Part shown: piece by piece, positions 61,908-64,000 of the stretch
Position numbering within the stretch: position 1 is the stretch's first letter
How the letters are laid out: each line of letters opens with the position of its first letter
DNA from: an uncultured delta proteobacterium
Lineage (GTDB): Bacteria; Desulfobacterota; Syntrophia; Syntrophales; CAMTWB01
DNA: 64,000 bases
Direction: 5' to 3'
NCBI GenBank assembly: GCA_947085375.1
Contig: CAMTWB010000007.1
Location: forward strand, 44,261 to 108,260
Translations under genes and position numbers: made by a program
Notes under the pieces: generated by a model
Databases searched by the model: none
Told to the model about the DNA's origin: nothing
The model's input: the letters and a program-made list of their open reading frames with translations, nothing else

Positions 61908-63761
61908 TCAGTTCCCTCGCTGCAATAAGGCGTAGATCATCATGATTATCAGGGCAGTGCCAACAAAAACAGCCAGGAAGCCAAACCCCTTAACCAGAAA
62001 ATCGTAGAGTACGCCACTGTGTTTCGCAAGATGGAACTGCTCCGTAATGCCCTCTTTTTCATAGCGTTTCCACTGATCGCCCCGCTCTTCGATCATTTCA
62101 TGCTTCGATATCTGGCCATTGAAAATGACGAAGTCCATGGGAAATTTCTCCGGCCGCAGGTGGGTGTTGAAGAAGTGAACCGTGAAGATGAATCCAGTGG
62201 CCAACAACGCCTCGTCGGAATGAATAACAGTGGCAATGTTGAATGTCCAGCCCGGCAAAAAGAGGCCGAAAAATTCCGGGAACCAGAGCATAAGTCCCGA
62301 ACCGCCGATGGCAAACATACCCCAGAAGACGGCGAGAAAATCAAACTTCTCCCAGTATGCCCACCTCTCGAAGGAAGGCTTGGGACCCCTGAAGAAGAAC
62401 CAGCGGAACATGGCGCCTACATCTTGGATGTCCCGGGGGGAAGGGAAGAGGGAATCCGGACCCATCAGCCGCTCCAACCAATTACCGGGAATATCTTTCC
62501 TGATGAAAAGAAAGTGGGCCACCAGGATCATCACCCAGCCAAAGCCTATGAACATAATGATAGCGCAGATTCTGTGGATGAGCCCCGCCATCGCTGTGCC
62601 ACCCATGAGAGAAATAAGCATTCTCGCCCACTCCTGGTCGCTGAACTTCAAGGGCGCGCCGGTCAGGGCCAGGCCAAGGAAACTGACCATCACCAGCAGA
62701 TGGAGAATAATATCCCGGTTACTGAAACGGCGGTACTGCTTGTATCCATCGGAAACCACCTGGGCTTTCCCTTCACTCAAGGCCCTGGTCTTTTCCCGGT
62801 TTTCCACAAAACCCCGGAACATCCACAAAAGCGAGTGGAACCAGAAAACGGCAAATACGCAGAGCAGAAGCCCCGTCATGGCAATAAAGGTCCAGTAGAG
62901 CAGGGGGTAGTTCTTCCTATCACTATAATCGCCGTGAGAGTAGAACTGAGTAAAGAGCGTCGTCGCCTTAGGATGGCACTGTCTGCAGGTCTTGACCAGA
63001 TTTTGAGGGTTTATGGAGGACTCAGGGTTATCCGCCTTGAGAATAGCATGGGCGGTATGACAATCCGTACAACCTGCCACCTTTTCCGGATAGCCCAAGC
63101 GATAATTTTTACCGTGATAACTATCAAGATAGGTTTTCGCCGGAATGGTAAGGATTCCGGTACGGGCCATCATCAAGTCGTTGCTGTGGCACTTGAGGCA
63201 TTCTTTGGTGTGAAACTCCTTCTGTGCGATGGGATTGGCTTCACGTACGGACTTGATTTCGTGGAGACCGTGACAATCATGACAGGCTGCCGAATCCGGG
63301 TTTCGGGCGGCGACACCCTTACCATGGACAGATTTTTGATACTCTTGACCCTTGTCGTGGCATTGGATACATTTTGCAACGGCGATGCGCTTGTCCCCCT
63401 GCCAGTGCTTGTGGGAATGAACATCCGTGTGACAATCGGCACAGGTTATATCTCGCCTAGCGTGTATACCGGCGTAATGCTCCGAATTTTCTTTTTTATG
63501 GCAACGCTGGCAATTAACCTTCTCCTTTTTAATCTTCTTATCCGTATGCCGTTCAATATCCGTGATAGAGGTGTGGCAAGCGGTACAGGCATTCCGCCCA
63601 TGTACGGAAGCGGAAAAGGCTTCCGGTGAAATTTTGTCGCTGTGGCAACCGAGACAAGTGGCCGGATCTATGGCCAGGCTCCCCGGTTTGGCTTGCGCCG
63701 GCAAAACAAAAAGTAGAAAAAAGGCAACTACAGACAGCACCCGGAATGAAATACTGAGCAT
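61908..63761 (-). CDS. CbcL-like fusion: nine-haem periplasmic cytochrome c domain plus membrane cytochrome b-like domain
   Basis: Signal peptide, nine CxxCH motifs counted, then about 6 TM helices with conserved His residues. Confidence 0.8.
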   Translation of the reverse strand: MLSISFRVLSVVAFFLLFVLPAQAKPGSLAIDPATCLGCHSDKISPEAFSASVHGRNACTACHTSITDIERHTDKKIKKEKVNCQRCHKKENSEHYAGIHARRDITCADCHTDVHSHKHWQGDKRIAVAKCIQCHDKGQEYQKSVHGKGVAARNPDSAACHDCHGLHEIKSVREANPIAQKEFHTKECLKCHSNDLMMARTGILTIPAKTYLDSYHGKNYRLGYPEKVAGCTDCHTAHAILKADNPESSINPQNLVKTCRQCHPKATTLFTQFYSHGDYSDRKNYPLLYWTFIAMTGLLLCVFAVFWFHSLLWMFRGFVENREKTRALSEGKAQVVSDGYKQYRRFSNRDIILHLLVMVSFLGLALTGAPLKFSDQEWARMLISLMGGTAMAGLIHRICAIIMFIGFGWVMILVAHFLFIRKDIPGNWLERLMGPDSLFPSPRDIQDVGAMFRWFFFRGPKPSFERWAYWEKFDFLAVFWGMFAIGGSGLMLWFPEFFGLFLPGWTFNIATVIHSDEALLATGFIFTVHFFNTHLRPEKFPMDFVIFNGQISKHEMIEERGDQWKRYEKEGITEQFHLAKHSGVLYDFLVKGFGFLAVFVGTALIIMMIYALLQRGN

Positions 63762-63870
63762 TATCCTCCTCCAGTTTTAATTTTCAAACAATATGTTATA
63801 CGGTTATCATGGTTCTCTAGTACAATGGAGGGCAGAAAGCAATAAAATTATCTGTCCGCGAGTAAAGATT

Positions 63871-63916
63871 GACGCGGCGGTAAAAACTCCCCGTTGGGAC
63901 TTTTTACCGCCGCGTC
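63871..63916. repeat. Perfect 16-bp-stem hairpin GACGCGGCGGTAAAAA-N14-TTTTTACCGCCGCGTC followed by a T-rich tract
   Basis: Read directly. The arms share the GCGGTAAAAA motif with the termini of the 41237/44005 repeat family. Confidence 0.8.
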
Positions 63917-64000
63917 ATTATTGGTATTTTTCTTTTTTGGGCCTGGTTTTAGTGGTCGTAGAATGCGGCCGGAATACTTCTCGATTCCTTCCAGGAAATC

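Noticed and set aside
62019-63629. Long plus-strand ORF of 536 aa. The same issue applies to 1964-2701, 10041-11030, 28491-29219, 35719-36465, 18599-19255 and 16463-16906.
   Set aside because: These are shadow ORFs antisense to genes with strong family signatures (haem motifs, FeS motifs, Sel1 repeats, TA domains). Their translations are low-complexity, Arg/Gly/Pro-rich, or lack recognisable motifs.

Overview
This window looks like a chromosomal segment of a sulfate/sulfite-reducing Desulfobacterota-type genome; taxonomy is inferred from gene content only.

Left to right:
1. A complete dissimilatory sulfite reductase locus on the minus strand: dsrA-dsrB-dsrD-dsrN-dsrC, then a DsrMK-like paralogue pair, then dsrM and the start of dsrK.
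2. Directly upstream and co-directional, an unusual cluster: TTT transporter (tctCBA), a divergent AprA-like/AprB-like pair, and an HdrA(MvhD)-HdrC-HdrB module.
3. ilvBNC, preceded by what reads as an Ile-rich leader-peptide attenuator.
4. ftsB and pilMNOPQ. PilQ is 1248 aa and carries four N0/STN-like modules separated by E/R/K-rich helices. A Sel1-repeat lipoprotein follows.
5. An accessory region (about 29.3-38.1 kb). It holds a 1703-aa FN3/Big surface lipoprotein and four toxin-antitoxin-type gene pairs. Each unit is delimited by copies of a conserved multi-palindrome repeat built around GGTTCAATCTGCAAGATTGAACC. A truncated PIN toxin and a 38-nt duplication at element borders show past rearrangement.
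6. A PIF1/RecD-like helicase and a small HTH protein.
7. A Wza/Wzz/Wzy-type exopolysaccharide locus, with an ExeA-like SPOR ATPase, a BY-kinase-like protein with a degenerate P-loop, two GT4 enzymes and a priming sugar transferase.
8. Housekeeping genes: PNPOx-like, YjbQ, IMPase, HAD.
9. A respiratory/regulatory cluster:
   - a heptaheme cytochrome c with an EF-hand-like loop, plus a cytochrome b;
   - an operon with a sigma54-type promoter encoding two paralogous small membrane proteins and a receiver-like protein that seems to lack the phospho-acceptor Asp;
   - an NtrC-type regulator, a sensor kinase with haem-c motifs, and a CbcL-like nine-haem cytochrome c/b fusion.

Several families of short, hairpin-rich MITE-like repeats are scattered through intergenic regions. 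No rRNA, tRNA or CRISPR array was recognised. All calls rest on reading the sequence and ORF translations; no database search was run.
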